The translations under genes and the position numbers were made by a program. Below, piece after piece: positions 31,785 through 40,963 of a stretch of DNA of 64,000 nt. This DNA is from Planctomycetota bacterium (GTDB lineage: Bacteria > Planctomycetota > UBA1135 > UBA2386). The stretch spans positions 3,456,001 to 3,520,000 of the forward strand of contig OZ245838.1 of the NCBI GenBank assembly GCA_965228735.1, read 5' to 3'. Below the pieces are notes generated by a model. That model saw only the letters and a list, made by a program, of their open reading frames with translations. It ran no database searches and had not been told where the DNA came from. How positions within the stretch are numbered: position 1 is the first letter of the stretch; every line of letters starts with the position of its first letter.

Positions 31785-33011
31785 ATGCGCTTCCTGACCC
31801 ACCTCGAGGCGACGAGCGACGGCACGCGCCTGCCGCCCGACACGCTGCAGACCAACCACGACGGGCAGCCGATCGCCGCCCGCTACGACCTCGCGGCGAT
31901 CCGTGACCGCGTCGACCGCGACGCGCTCGCGCGGCGGCCGGCGACGATGTGGCGCTATCGCGAGTTGTTGCCGTACGCGAGCGAGGACGACATCGTCTCG
32001 CTCGGCGAGAACACGACACCGCTCCTGCCGTGCCCGCGCCTCGGACAGCACCTCGGTGTGTCCAACCTGCGCGTCAAGGACGAGAGCATGCTGCCCACCG
32101 GCTCGTTCAAGGCACGCGGCATGGCGATGGCCGTGACGATGGCGAGGGCGCTCGGGGTCGAGCACGTCGGCACGCCGACGGCCGGCAACGCGGGTGGTGC
32201 GCTCGCGGCGTATGCGGCGCGCGCCGGCATGCGCTGCACGGTGCTCATGCCCGACGACACGCCGATCGTCAATCAGCGCGAAGCGGCGTGGTACGGCGCG
32301 CGCGCGTTCGTCGTCGACGGTCTGATTCACCAGTGCGGCGCGATCGTCGGCGAGGGCGCCCGGCGCGGCCTCTGGTTCGACATGAGCACGATGAAGGAGC
32401 CGTATCGTCTCGAGGGCAAGAAGACGATGGGGCTCGAACTCGCCGATCAGCTCGGCTGGCGGCTGCCGGACGCGATCTTCTATCCGACGGGCGGCGGCAC
32501 GGGACTCGTCGGCATGCACAAGGCGTTCGCCGAGCTGCGCGAGATCGGCTGGCTCGATCGCAGCGCGCCGCTGCCCAAGTTGTTCGCCTGTCAGGCGAGC
32601 GGCTGCGCGCCCGTCGTGCGCGCCGTCGAACAGGGGCGCGATACCGCGGAGCTCGTCGAGAACGCGCACACCGCGGCGTCCGGGCTGCGCGTGCCGAAGC
32701 CGTTCGCCGACCGCATGATCCTGACGGCGCTGCGCGAGTCGGGCGGCACCGCGATCGCCGCGGACGAGGCTCGACTGCCGGAGTTCGCCGAGGCCGCGAT
32801 GCGACTCGAGGGCCTCGCGCTATGCCCCGAGACCGCGGCGTGCCTCGTCGCCGTGCAGGAAGCGCTCGCGGCGGGTCAGATCACGAAGGACGCCGAGGTC
32901 GTCGTGTTCAACACGGGCGCGATGCAGAAGTACGTGGAGTTCATGGCCCGCGACCTGCCGAGCCTGCAGCGCGACGCGATCGACTGGGAACGGCTGGCTG
33001 CCGCCGATTGA
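31785..33011 (+). CDS. thrC: Threonine synthase (PLP-dependent)
   Basis: MWRYRELLP, SLGE..TPL, PTGSFKARG (PLP Lys), TAGNAG, EGKKT, PTGGGTG. Confidence 0.85.
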   Translation: MRFLTHLEATSDGTRLPPDTLQTNHDGQPIAARYDLAAIRDRVDRDALARRPATMWRYRELLPYASEDDIVSLGENTTPLLPCPRLGQHLGVSNLRVKDESMLPTGSFKARGMAMAVTMARALGVEHVGTPTAGNAGGALAAYAARAGMRCTVLMPDDTPIVNQREAAWYGARAFVVDGLIHQCGAIVGEGARRGLWFDMSTMKEPYRLEGKKTMGLELADQLGWRLPDAIFYPTGGGTGLVGMHKAFAELREIGWLDRSAPLPKLFACQASGCAPVVRAVEQGRDTAELVENAHTAASGLRVPKPFADRMILTALRESGGTAIAADEARLPEFAEAAMRLEGLALCPETAACLVAVQEALAAGQITKDAEVVVFNTGAMQKYVEFMARDLPSLQRDAIDWERLAAAD

Positions 33012-33192
33012 AGATCGCGCGAGATCCACGTCAGGACTCCTTAATCACCTGCAATAAATCGACTTGAGGCCGACCGACCGGTGACGACGCTCGCTAGATG
33101 ACCACTCCGCCAAGCCCCCCGAAAGGGTTAGATACTCTCGGGTATCGTATTCGTCTGAAACGCCCGAACGACCTATGGTGTTCGCCCCTGCG

Positions 33193-34125
33193 ATGGCGAT
33201 CACCGACGGCAAACGCATCACCCCGGGCGAGAAGCCGAGCTGGCTCAAGGTCCCGATCCCGGCCGGGCCGACCGTTGCGCGGCTGAGCAAGACGCTGCGC
33301 GATCGCGGCCTGCACACGGTGTGCGAGGAGGCCCGCTGCCCCAACATGGGCGAGTGCTGGGACGGCGGCACGGCCACGTTCATGGTGCTCGGCGATACGT
33401 GCACCCGCGGCTGTCGGTTCTGCGCGGTCAAGACGCACGCGCAGGGCAACCCCGTCGATGCCGAAGAACCGGAAAAGGTCGCCGAAGCGTCGGTCGCGAT
33501 GGGCCTCAAGTACGTCGTGCTGACGATGGTCGATCGCGACGACCTGCCCGACGGCGGCGCCGGTCACGTCGCGGCCACGATTCGCGCGATCAAGCAGCGC
33601 AATCCCGAGATCCTCGTCGAGGCGCTCGTCGGCGACATGGACGGCGGTCGCCCGGGACGGAACGACCGCATCCAGACGATCCTCGACGGTGGCCCCGACG
33701 TCTACGCGCACAACATCGAAACGGTGCTGCGGCTCACGCCGCGCGTGCGCGATCACCGCTGCAGCTACGTGACCTCACTCGACACGCTGCGCACGGCCAA
33801 GCAACTCCGGCCCGATGTCGTGACGAAGTCGTCGCTGATGCTCGGCCTCGGCGAGAGCGAGCGTGAGATCGAGCAGGCGATGAACGACCTGCGCGAACAC
33901 GACGTCGACGTCGTGACGTTCGGCCAGTACCTGCGCCCGACGCTCAAGCACCTGCCGGTCAAGGAGCACGTCACACCCGCGCGCTTCAAGGCGCTGGAGC
34001 AACGCGCCCAGCAGAAGGGTTTCCTCTACGTCGCCTCGGGGCCGCTCGTCCGGTCGAGCTACAAGGCCGCCGAGTTCTACATCGCCGGCATGCTGAAGGA
34101 ACGGCGGTCGGAGCAGAGCCGGTGA
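33193..34125 (+). CDS. lipA: Lipoyl synthase (start ATG 33193 or 33175)
   Basis: CEEARCPNMGEC and CTRGCRFC clusters; C-terminal RSSY. Confidence 0.97.
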   Translation: MAITDGKRITPGEKPSWLKVPIPAGPTVARLSKTLRDRGLHTVCEEARCPNMGECWDGGTATFMVLGDTCTRGCRFCAVKTHAQGNPVDAEEPEKVAEASVAMGLKYVVLTMVDRDDLPDGGAGHVAATIRAIKQRNPEILVEALVGDMDGGRPGRNDRIQTILDGGPDVYAHNIETVLRLTPRVRDHRCSYVTSLDTLRTAKQLRPDVVTKSSLMLGLGESEREIEQAMNDLREHDVDVVTFGQYLRPTLKHLPVKEHVTPARFKALEQRAQQKGFLYVASGPLVRSSYKAAEFYIAGMLKERRSEQSR

Positions 34126-35135
34126 ACGAACCGGTCTCGATCCTCGACGCGGACGGCAACGCGCCGCGCGGCGCGGCGCCGAACCTGACGGCGGCGGAGT
34201 TGCGCCGGCTGTTCACCGCGATGCTGCGCACGCGCCTGCTCGACGAGCACGCCCGGGCGCTGCGAACGGCAGGGCGAATCGAACGTCCGATCGGGGAGCA
34301 GACCGGCGATCCGGATGCGGCGGCCGGCCGCGAGGCGACGCACGTCGGCGCGGCCTCGGCGCTCGACGACTTCGACTGGGTCTTCCCCGGCCACCATCAG
34401 CCCGGCGTCCTCGTCCTGCGCGGTGTGCCGTTCGAGGAGATCGTCAGCGAGTGGTTCGGCGCGGCCCACGAGCCGGCCAAGGGGCGGCAGCAGCCCGGGC
34501 GATACTCGTTCCGGCGCGCCAACTTCGTGAGCGCGAGCGGCCTGCCGGGCACCCAGCTCAACCAGGCGACCGGCGCGGCGATGGCCGCGCGCGCTCGGGG
34601 CGAGGACGCGGCGTTCCTGACGTTCTGCGACGACGCCGGGGTGGCGAGCAGCGACTTCCACGCGGGCCTCAACTTCGCCGCGGTCTACAAGACGCCGCTC
34701 GTCGTCGTCGTCGAACGCGAGGCGACCGCCGCGGACGCGACGACCGATCGGGCCACCGCGTACGGGCTGCCGAGCGTCGTCGTCGACGGCAACGACGTGC
34801 TCGCCGTGCACCGCGTGTGCCGCGAGGCCGTCGATCGCGCGCGGCGCGGCGACGGCGCCACGCTCGTCGAGGCCGTCACGAGCTTCGGCGCCGGCGACGG
34901 GAACGGGGATTGGCGCAGCGAAGATCCGATCGCGCGCTGCCGCCGCTACCTGCAACGGCGCGAGCTCTGGGACGAAACGTTCGAGGCCGAGTGTCGCGAA
35001 CAGGCTGCGACCGAGCTTCTGGCCGCGACCGAGCACGCGGCGCAGGCCGCCCCCCCGACCCCGGCGTCGATGTTCGACGACGTCTTCATGAATCTGTCGC
35101 CGCAGCTGCGCGAGCAGCGCGCGACCCTGACCTGA
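34122..35135 (+). CDS. Degenerate 2-oxoacid dehydrogenase E1 alpha-like protein
   Basis: Clear E1a homology (KGRQ, DFHAGLNFAAVYK.P, VDGNDVLAV, EAVT, DPI.R), but GDG is replaced by CDD and the NN and GHS motifs are missing. Confidence 0.8.
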   Translation: MNEPVSILDADGNAPRGAAPNLTAAELRRLFTAMLRTRLLDEHARALRTAGRIERPIGEQTGDPDAAAGREATHVGAASALDDFDWVFPGHHQPGVLVLRGVPFEEIVSEWFGAAHEPAKGRQQPGRYSFRRANFVSASGLPGTQLNQATGAAMAARARGEDAAFLTFCDDAGVASSDFHAGLNFAAVYKTPLVVVVEREATAADATTDRATAYGLPSVVVDGNDVLAVHRVCREAVDRARRGDGATLVEAVTSFGAGDGNGDWRSEDPIARCRRYLQRRELWDETFEAECREQAATELLAATEHAAQAAPPTPASMFDDVFMNLSPQLREQRATLT

Positions 35136-35178
35136 GATCGCGCGATCCAGCGCACCCGAGCGACCAGCGACCCGAACG

Positions 35179-36192
35179 ATGACCGCAGCCGAGACCCCCG
35201 AGCAGACCCGCGCCGGCGTGCAGGTGATGACGATGATCGAAGCGATCAACGACGCCCTGCACACCGAGATGAAGAACGACGACCGCGTGCTCGTGTTCGG
35301 CGAGGACGTCGGCCCGAAGGGCGGCGTGTTCGGCGCGACGGCCGGGTTGTTCGACACGTTCGGCGAGCAGCGCTGCTTCGACACGCCGCTGTCGGAGTGC
35401 GGCATCGTCGGCACGGGCATCGGCATGGCGCTCTACGGCATGCGGCCCGTCGCCGAGATCCAGTTCCTCGACTTCATCTACCCGGCGTTCGACCAGATCG
35501 TCAGCGAGGCCGCCAAGATGCGCTACCGCAGCGGCGGCGAGTACACGTGCCCGATGGTGATCCGTTCGCCGTACGGCGGCGGCATCCGCGGCGGCCACTA
35601 CCACAGCCAGTCGAGCGAGGCCTACTTCTGCCACACGCCGGGGCTCAAGGTCGTGATCCCGAGCACGCCGGCCGACGCCAAGGGGCTGCTGATCAGCTCG
35701 ATCCGGGACGAGGATCCCGTGATGTTCCTCGAGCCGAAGAAGATCTACCGCCACGGCAAGGGCGAGGTGCCGCTCGGTGAACACACCGTGCCGCTCGGCA
35801 AGGCCCGCATCGCGCGCGAGGGCACCGACGTCACGCTGCTCGCCTACGGCGCGATGGTGCCCGTGTGCGAACAGGCCGCCGCGACCGCCGCCGAGAACGG
35901 CCGCAGCATCGAGGTCGTCGACCTGCGCACGCTCGTGCCGCTCGACGAGGCGACGATCCTCGAGTCGGTGAAGAAGACCGGCCGTTGCGTCGTCGTCTAC
36001 GAAGCGCCCAAGACCTGCGGCTTCGGCGCCGAACTCGCGGCACTGCTCGCGGAGAAGTGCATCGAATACCTCGAAGGCCCCGTCGTGCGCGTCGCGGGCT
36101 TCGACACCCCGTTCCCCTACACCCTCGAACACCTCTACATGCCCGACGAAAAGCGAGTGCTCGCGGGCATCGACAAGACCTTCGCCTGGTAG
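35179..36192 (+). CDS. 2-oxoacid (branched-chain/pyruvate) dehydrogenase E1 beta subunit
   Basis: GEDVG..GGVF, DTPLSE.GI, EIQF.DF, HSQS.EA, FLEPKKIY. Confidence 0.96.
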   Translation: MTAAETPEQTRAGVQVMTMIEAINDALHTEMKNDDRVLVFGEDVGPKGGVFGATAGLFDTFGEQRCFDTPLSECGIVGTGIGMALYGMRPVAEIQFLDFIYPAFDQIVSEAAKMRYRSGGEYTCPMVIRSPYGGGIRGGHYHSQSSEAYFCHTPGLKVVIPSTPADAKGLLISSIRDEDPVMFLEPKKIYRHGKGEVPLGEHTVPLGKARIAREGTDVTLLAYGAMVPVCEQAAATAAENGRSIEVVDLRTLVPLDEATILESVKKTGRCVVVYEAPKTCGFGAELAALLAEKCIEYLEGPVVRVAGFDTPFPYTLEHLYMPDEKRVLAGIDKTFAW

Positions 36193-36244
36193 CCCGTCCC
36201 GAACGACGGCTATCGGGCAACCGCACCCCCACCACCGAAGAATC

Positions 36245-37612
36245 ATGGCACTGAAAGAGTTCAAGCTCCCCGACATCGGCGAAGGCATCGCCGAAGGCGA
36301 GATCGTCAGCTGGAAGGTCGAAGCCGGCCAGTCCGTCAAGGAAGAGGACGAGTTCGTCGAAGTCATGACGGACAAGGCGACGGTGACGATCACCGTGCCG
36401 TTCACCGGCAAGATCGCCGAGCTCAAGGCCGGCGAAGGTGACGTCGTGCCCGTCGGCTCCGTGATCGCGACGATCGACGCCGGCGCCGGCGGCGACGCCG
36501 CCGAGCCGGCCAAGGAAGACGCGAAGGCCGACGCCAAGGCGGAGAGCAAGCCCGAGCCCGAGGCGGAGAGCAAGGCCGAGCCGAAGGCCGAGGGCAAGGC
36601 CCAGAGCAAGCCCGCGCCGGCCGCCGCCGCATCGAGCAGCAGCAGCGGCAGCGGCAATGGCACGGCCGCGCCGGCCGCGCCTCAGAACTTCGTGCAGAGC
36701 AGCCCCGGCAAGGTCCTCGCCGCGCCGGCCACGCGCCGCCGCGCCCGCGAGCTGGGCATCGACCTGTCGCAGATCGACCCGAGCGGGCCGCGCGGGCGCA
36801 TCACCAACGACGACCTCGCCGCATTCTCGGGCGGCGGCGCGGCGGCACCGGCGGCAGCCGGCGGCGGCGGCGCCCAGCGCTTCACGCCGATCGCGATCCC
36901 GGCCGATCCGCATGGCCGCGAGGAGCGCGTCGGTTTCCGCGGGCTGCGCCGCAAGATCGCCGAGGCGATGACGCGGTCGAAGTTCACGGCCACGCACTTC
37001 ACCTACGTCGACGATGTCGACGTGACCGACCTCTACAAGATCCGCAAGGAGGCCAAGGCGGCCTACGCGGACAAGGGCGTCAACGTCACGTATCTGCCGT
37101 TCATCATGAAGGCGATCGTGCAGGCCATGCGCGAGTTCCCGATGATGAACAGCTCGCTCGACGAGACGACGAACGAGCTCGTCATCAAGAAGTACTACAA
37201 CTTCGGCATCGCGACGGACACCGACAACGGGCTCATCGTGCCGGTCATCAAGGACGTCGATCAGAAGTCGGTCGGCGAGCTCGCGGCCGACCTGCAGGAG
37301 CTGGCCAAGCGCACGCGCGAGGGCTCGGTCACGGTCGACGACCTCACGGGCGGCTCGTTCACGATCACCAACGCGGGTAACATCGGCGGCCTCTTCGCGA
37401 CGCCGGTCATCAACTTCCCCGAGGTCGCGATCTGCGGCGTGCACGCGATCAAGGACACGCCAGTCGTGCGTGACGGCGAGATCGTCGTCGGCAAGAAGAT
37501 GTACCTGTCGGTCTCGATCGACCACCGCATCGTCGACGGCGCCACCGGCGCGCGCTGGATGAACATCGTCAAGGACTGCCTCGAGCAGCCGTACCGGCTG
37601 CTGCTCGGCTGA
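36245..37612 (+). CDS. Dihydrolipoamide acyltransferase (E2)
   Basis: Lipoyl domain VMTDKA, E3-binding domain PATRRRARELG, catalytic DHRIVDGA. Confidence 0.97.
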   Translation: MALKEFKLPDIGEGIAEGEIVSWKVEAGQSVKEEDEFVEVMTDKATVTITVPFTGKIAELKAGEGDVVPVGSVIATIDAGAGGDAAEPAKEDAKADAKAESKPEPEAESKAEPKAEGKAQSKPAPAAAASSSSSGSGNGTAAPAAPQNFVQSSPGKVLAAPATRRRARELGIDLSQIDPSGPRGRITNDDLAAFSGGGAAAPAAAGGGGAQRFTPIAIPADPHGREERVGFRGLRRKIAEAMTRSKFTATHFTYVDDVDVTDLYKIRKEAKAAYADKGVNVTYLPFIMKAIVQAMREFPMMNSSLDETTNELVIKKYYNFGIATDTDNGLIVPVIKDVDQKSVGELAADLQELAKRTREGSVTVDDLTGGSFTITNAGNIGGLFATPVINFPEVAICGVHAIKDTPVVRDGEIVVGKKMYLSVSIDHRIVDGATGARWMNIVKDCLEQPYRLLLG

Positions 37613-38970
37613 TGGCAGCGCGCAGGAAAGCGGCGAAGAAGGCGACCCGTAAGCCGGTCGCGAAGAAGGGCGCCAAGAAGAGCGCGGCCGGCGCCCGTTC
37701 GTCGGCCGGCCGCAAGAAGGCCGCTCCGAAGAAGGCGGCCCGCAAGCAGGCCGCGAAGAAGCTCCCCCAAGAGAAGGGCAGCCCGAAGAAGGGCGCCAAG
37801 AAGGCCGGCGCGAAGACCCGCCCCACGGCGCGTCGCGCACCGTCACCGAACGGCGCGGTCACGCCCACGGGCTCCGGTCTCGTGCGCCTGCTCGAGGACG
37901 ACGGCACCGTGCAGAAGGGCAAGGATCCCGGGCTGTCGCCCGAGACCCTGCTTTTCCTCTACGAGCAGATGGTGCAGGTGCGCGAGTTCGACCGCCGCAT
38001 GCTCATGCTGCAGCGTCAGGGTCGGATCGGGTTCTACGGCCCGATCCTCGGTCAGGAGGCCGCGACGGTCGGCTCGATCGCCGCGCTCGAAGATCGCGAC
38101 TGGATCTTCCCGGCCCTCCGCGAAGGCGCGGCCGCGATGATGCGCGGACTCTCGCTGACGGAGGCGATCAACCAGCTCGTCGGCAACGGCGCCGACCGCT
38201 GCAAGGGTCGCCAGATGCCGTGCCACTACACCTACAAGGAAGGCAACTACTACGGCATGTCGTCGGTGATCGGCACCCAGATCAGCCACGCCGTGGGCGC
38301 CGCGATGGCAGCGCGCATCAAGGGCGACGACGTCGTCGTGCTCGGCTACATGGGTGACGGCGCGACGAGCGCGAACGACTTCCATGCGGGGATGAACTTC
38401 GCCGCGGTCTACCGGAGCCCGTGCGTCTTGTTCTGTCAGAACAACCACTGGGCGATCTCGGTGCCGATCAGCAAGCAGAGCGCGTCGGAGACCATCGCCC
38501 AGAAGGGCAAGTCCTACGGCATGCCCTACGTGCGGGTCGACGGCAACGACGTGCTCGCGGTTTACTCCGCAACGAAGGAAGCGGCCGAACGCGCCCGCCG
38601 CGGTGACGGCCCGACGTTCGTCGAAGCCGTGACCTACCGCCGACTCGGCCACAGCTCGAGCGACGATCCGACGCGGTATCGCGACGAGGCCGAGGTGCGC
38701 GCATGGGAGGAGAAGGACCCGATCGATCGGTTCCGCACCTACCTCGAGAAGCGCTCTCTCTGGGACGAGGACCGCGAGGTCGCGTTCAAAGAGGAGATCG
38801 CGGCGCGCGTCAACGAGGCGATCGCCGCGGCGGAGGCCAACGGCCCGCCGGACGACGAGACGTTGATCACCGACGTGTTCGCCGACGTTCCCGAACCGCT
38901 CAAGGAACAGCTCCGCGACGTTCTCGCGCTCGAAGGGCGCGGCGTCAACGAGGGCGCGTTCCCGCTCTGA
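37612..38970 (+). CDS. 2-oxoacid dehydrogenase E1 alpha subunit with a Lys/Ala-rich N-terminal extension
   Basis: QRQGRIGFY, GDGATS...QNNHWAIS ThDP motif, GHSSSDDP loop; TGATG overlap with E2. Confidence 0.95.
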   Translation: MAARRKAAKKATRKPVAKKGAKKSAAGARSSAGRKKAAPKKAARKQAAKKLPQEKGSPKKGAKKAGAKTRPTARRAPSPNGAVTPTGSGLVRLLEDDGTVQKGKDPGLSPETLLFLYEQMVQVREFDRRMLMLQRQGRIGFYGPILGQEAATVGSIAALEDRDWIFPALREGAAAMMRGLSLTEAINQLVGNGADRCKGRQMPCHYTYKEGNYYGMSSVIGTQISHAVGAAMAARIKGDDVVVLGYMGDGATSANDFHAGMNFAAVYRSPCVLFCQNNHWAISVPISKQSASETIAQKGKSYGMPYVRVDGNDVLAVYSATKEAAERARRGDGPTFVEAVTYRRLGHSSSDDPTRYRDEAEVRAWEEKDPIDRFRTYLEKRSLWDEDREVAFKEEIAARVNEAIAAAEANGPPDDETLITDVFADVPEPLKEQLRDVLALEGRGVNEGAFPL

Positions 38971-38991
38971 GCCCGTCCGGCCGGCACCGCG

Positions 38992-40926
38992 ATGAACTGG
39001 CACTCGAAGGCAACCCCGCTCCTCGTGCTGCTGGCGCTCGTCGCCCTCGCCTACTGGCCCGCGATCGACTGCGGGTTCATCTGGGACGACGACGACTACG
39101 TCACCCAGAACCCCGTGCTGCGCACGTGGGGCGGGATCTTGAGCGTGTGGTTCGAGCCGACGTCACTGCCGCAGTACTACCCGCTCGTCCACACGACGTT
39201 CTGGCTCGAGTACCGTCTCTGGGGTCCGGAGCCGGCCGGCTACCACGTCGTCAATCTCCTGCTGCACTTCCTGGCCTGCTGCGGCCTGCTCGCGCTGCTG
39301 CGCCGCCTCGCGGTCCCCGGCGCGTTCTTCGCCGCCGCGCTGTTCGCCGTGCACCCCGTGATGGTCGAATCCGTCGCGTGGGTGACCGAACGCAAGAACG
39401 TGCTGTCCCTGCTCTGCGCGGTCCTCGCCGCCAACGCGTGGCTGGGCTGGCGCGACGGCGACCGCACCATGCGCAGCCGCGGCTGGATGCTGGCGACGCT
39501 GTGGTTCGTGTTCGCGCTGCTCAGCAAGACGGTGACGGCGTCGACACCGGGCGCGCTGCTCGTGATCCAGTGGTGGCGGCACGGCCGACTCGAGCGGCGC
39601 GACTGGCTCGGCCTCCTGCCGTGGATCGGGCTCGGCCTGTTCTTCGGACTGCTCACGGCGTGGCTCGAAGCGACCCACGTCGGCGCCGGCGGTGAAGCGT
39701 GGCAGCTGCAGGGCGGCGAACGGTTGCTCGTCGCCGGTCGGGCGCCGTGGTTCTACCTTTCGACGCTGCTGTGGCCCGCGGAACTGTGCTTCAACTACGC
39801 GCGCTGGGAGCTCGACACCGGCAGCTTCATACAGTGGCTCCCGGTCGTCGGCACGGTGGCGACGGTCGTCGTGCTGGTGCTCCTCCGGAACCGCATCGGC
39901 CGCGGCCCCGCCGCCGTCGTGCTGCTCTTCGGCGGGATGCTCGTGCCAGCGCTCGGGTTCTTCGACGTCTATCCGTTCCGGTTCAGCTACGTCGCGGATC
40001 ACTTCCAGTATCACGCGGCGACCGCGATGCTCGCCGGCATCGCCGCGGGACTCACTCTCGTTGTTGGCCGGACCCGACTGACCGCACCGGTCCGGCTCGC
40101 GGCCGCGGGGCTCGTTCTCCTGCCGCTCGGCGTGCTCACCAACCTGCACACGCGCAACTACCGCGACCTCGAGACGCTGTGGCGCGCGACGCTCGACACG
40201 CAACCGGACTCGGCGCTGGCGACGATCAACCTCGCCGGCCTGCTCATGAACGAGCAGCAGCTCGACGAGGCGGAGGCGATGTACCACCGCAGCCTCGAGC
40301 TGATGCCGGACAGCCACGAGGCGTTCGCCAATCTCGCCGTGATCGCGCACCAGCGTCGCGACCTGGCCGAGGCCGAGCGGCTCTACGAGCGGACCCTTGC
40401 ATTGCGGCGCAAGCAACCGATCACGCTCGTGAACTACGGGCACTGGCATCTCGAACAGGGCCGGAACCGCGCCGCGTTCGACCTCGCGCGCGAAGCCCTC
40501 GACCTCAATCCGGACCTGATGCAGGGCCACCGGTTGCGGCTCACCGCCGGGGTGCGCATCGGCCGCTGGTCGGACGCGGTGGCGAGCGCCGACTACATCC
40601 TGAAGCGCCTGCCCGCGGACCTCGACGTGCGCGTCGCCGCCGCCGAGGCGCTCGCCGGCAGCGGCAACCACGAGAGCGCGATTCAGAACGCTCACGCCGC
40701 GCTGCAACGACAGCCGGAGAACGATCGCGCCCGCAGCGTGTTCGTCGCCGCGCTCGCGGTCATCCTGAGCAAGCGCCCGGCCGCCGGTGCGGCCAGCGAG
40801 GCCCGCCGCATGTGCGCGAGCGGCAAGCTCGACGCCGAGCCGTTGCTGCCCGCCCTCGCCGCGGAACTTCGCCGCATCGGCGCCCTCGCCCACGCCGAGG
40901 TCGTCGCGCGCGCCGCCGGCGGGTGA
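38992..40926 (+). CDS. TMTC-like membrane glycosyltransferase (GT-C) with C-terminal TPRs
   Basis: FIWDDDDYV..NP, YHVVNLLLH, LFAVHPV.VESVAWVTERK, ALLSK, ADHFQY; TPR repeats. Confidence 0.88.
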   Translation: MNWHSKATPLLVLLALVALAYWPAIDCGFIWDDDDYVTQNPVLRTWGGILSVWFEPTSLPQYYPLVHTTFWLEYRLWGPEPAGYHVVNLLLHFLACCGLLALLRRLAVPGAFFAAALFAVHPVMVESVAWVTERKNVLSLLCAVLAANAWLGWRDGDRTMRSRGWMLATLWFVFALLSKTVTASTPGALLVIQWWRHGRLERRDWLGLLPWIGLGLFFGLLTAWLEATHVGAGGEAWQLQGGERLLVAGRAPWFYLSTLLWPAELCFNYARWELDTGSFIQWLPVVGTVATVVVLVLLRNRIGRGPAAVVLLFGGMLVPALGFFDVYPFRFSYVADHFQYHAATAMLAGIAAGLTLVVGRTRLTAPVRLAAAGLVLLPLGVLTNLHTRNYRDLETLWRATLDTQPDSALATINLAGLLMNEQQLDEAEAMYHRSLELMPDSHEAFANLAVIAHQRRDLAEAERLYERTLALRRKQPITLVNYGHWHLEQGRNRAAFDLAREALDLNPDLMQGHRLRLTAGVRIGRWSDAVASADYILKRLPADLDVRVAAAEALAGSGNHESAIQNAHAALQRQPENDRARSVFVAALAVILSKRPAAGAASEARRMCASGKLDAEPLLPALAAELRRIGALAHAEVVARAAGG

Positions 40927-40963
40927 TTCCCGACTGCGCGAACCCGGGGTACAACGGCGGGGC

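Noticed and set aside
36500..36680. Low-complexity AKAE/PEPE repeats
   Set aside because: Ordinary flexible linker of the E2 subunit.
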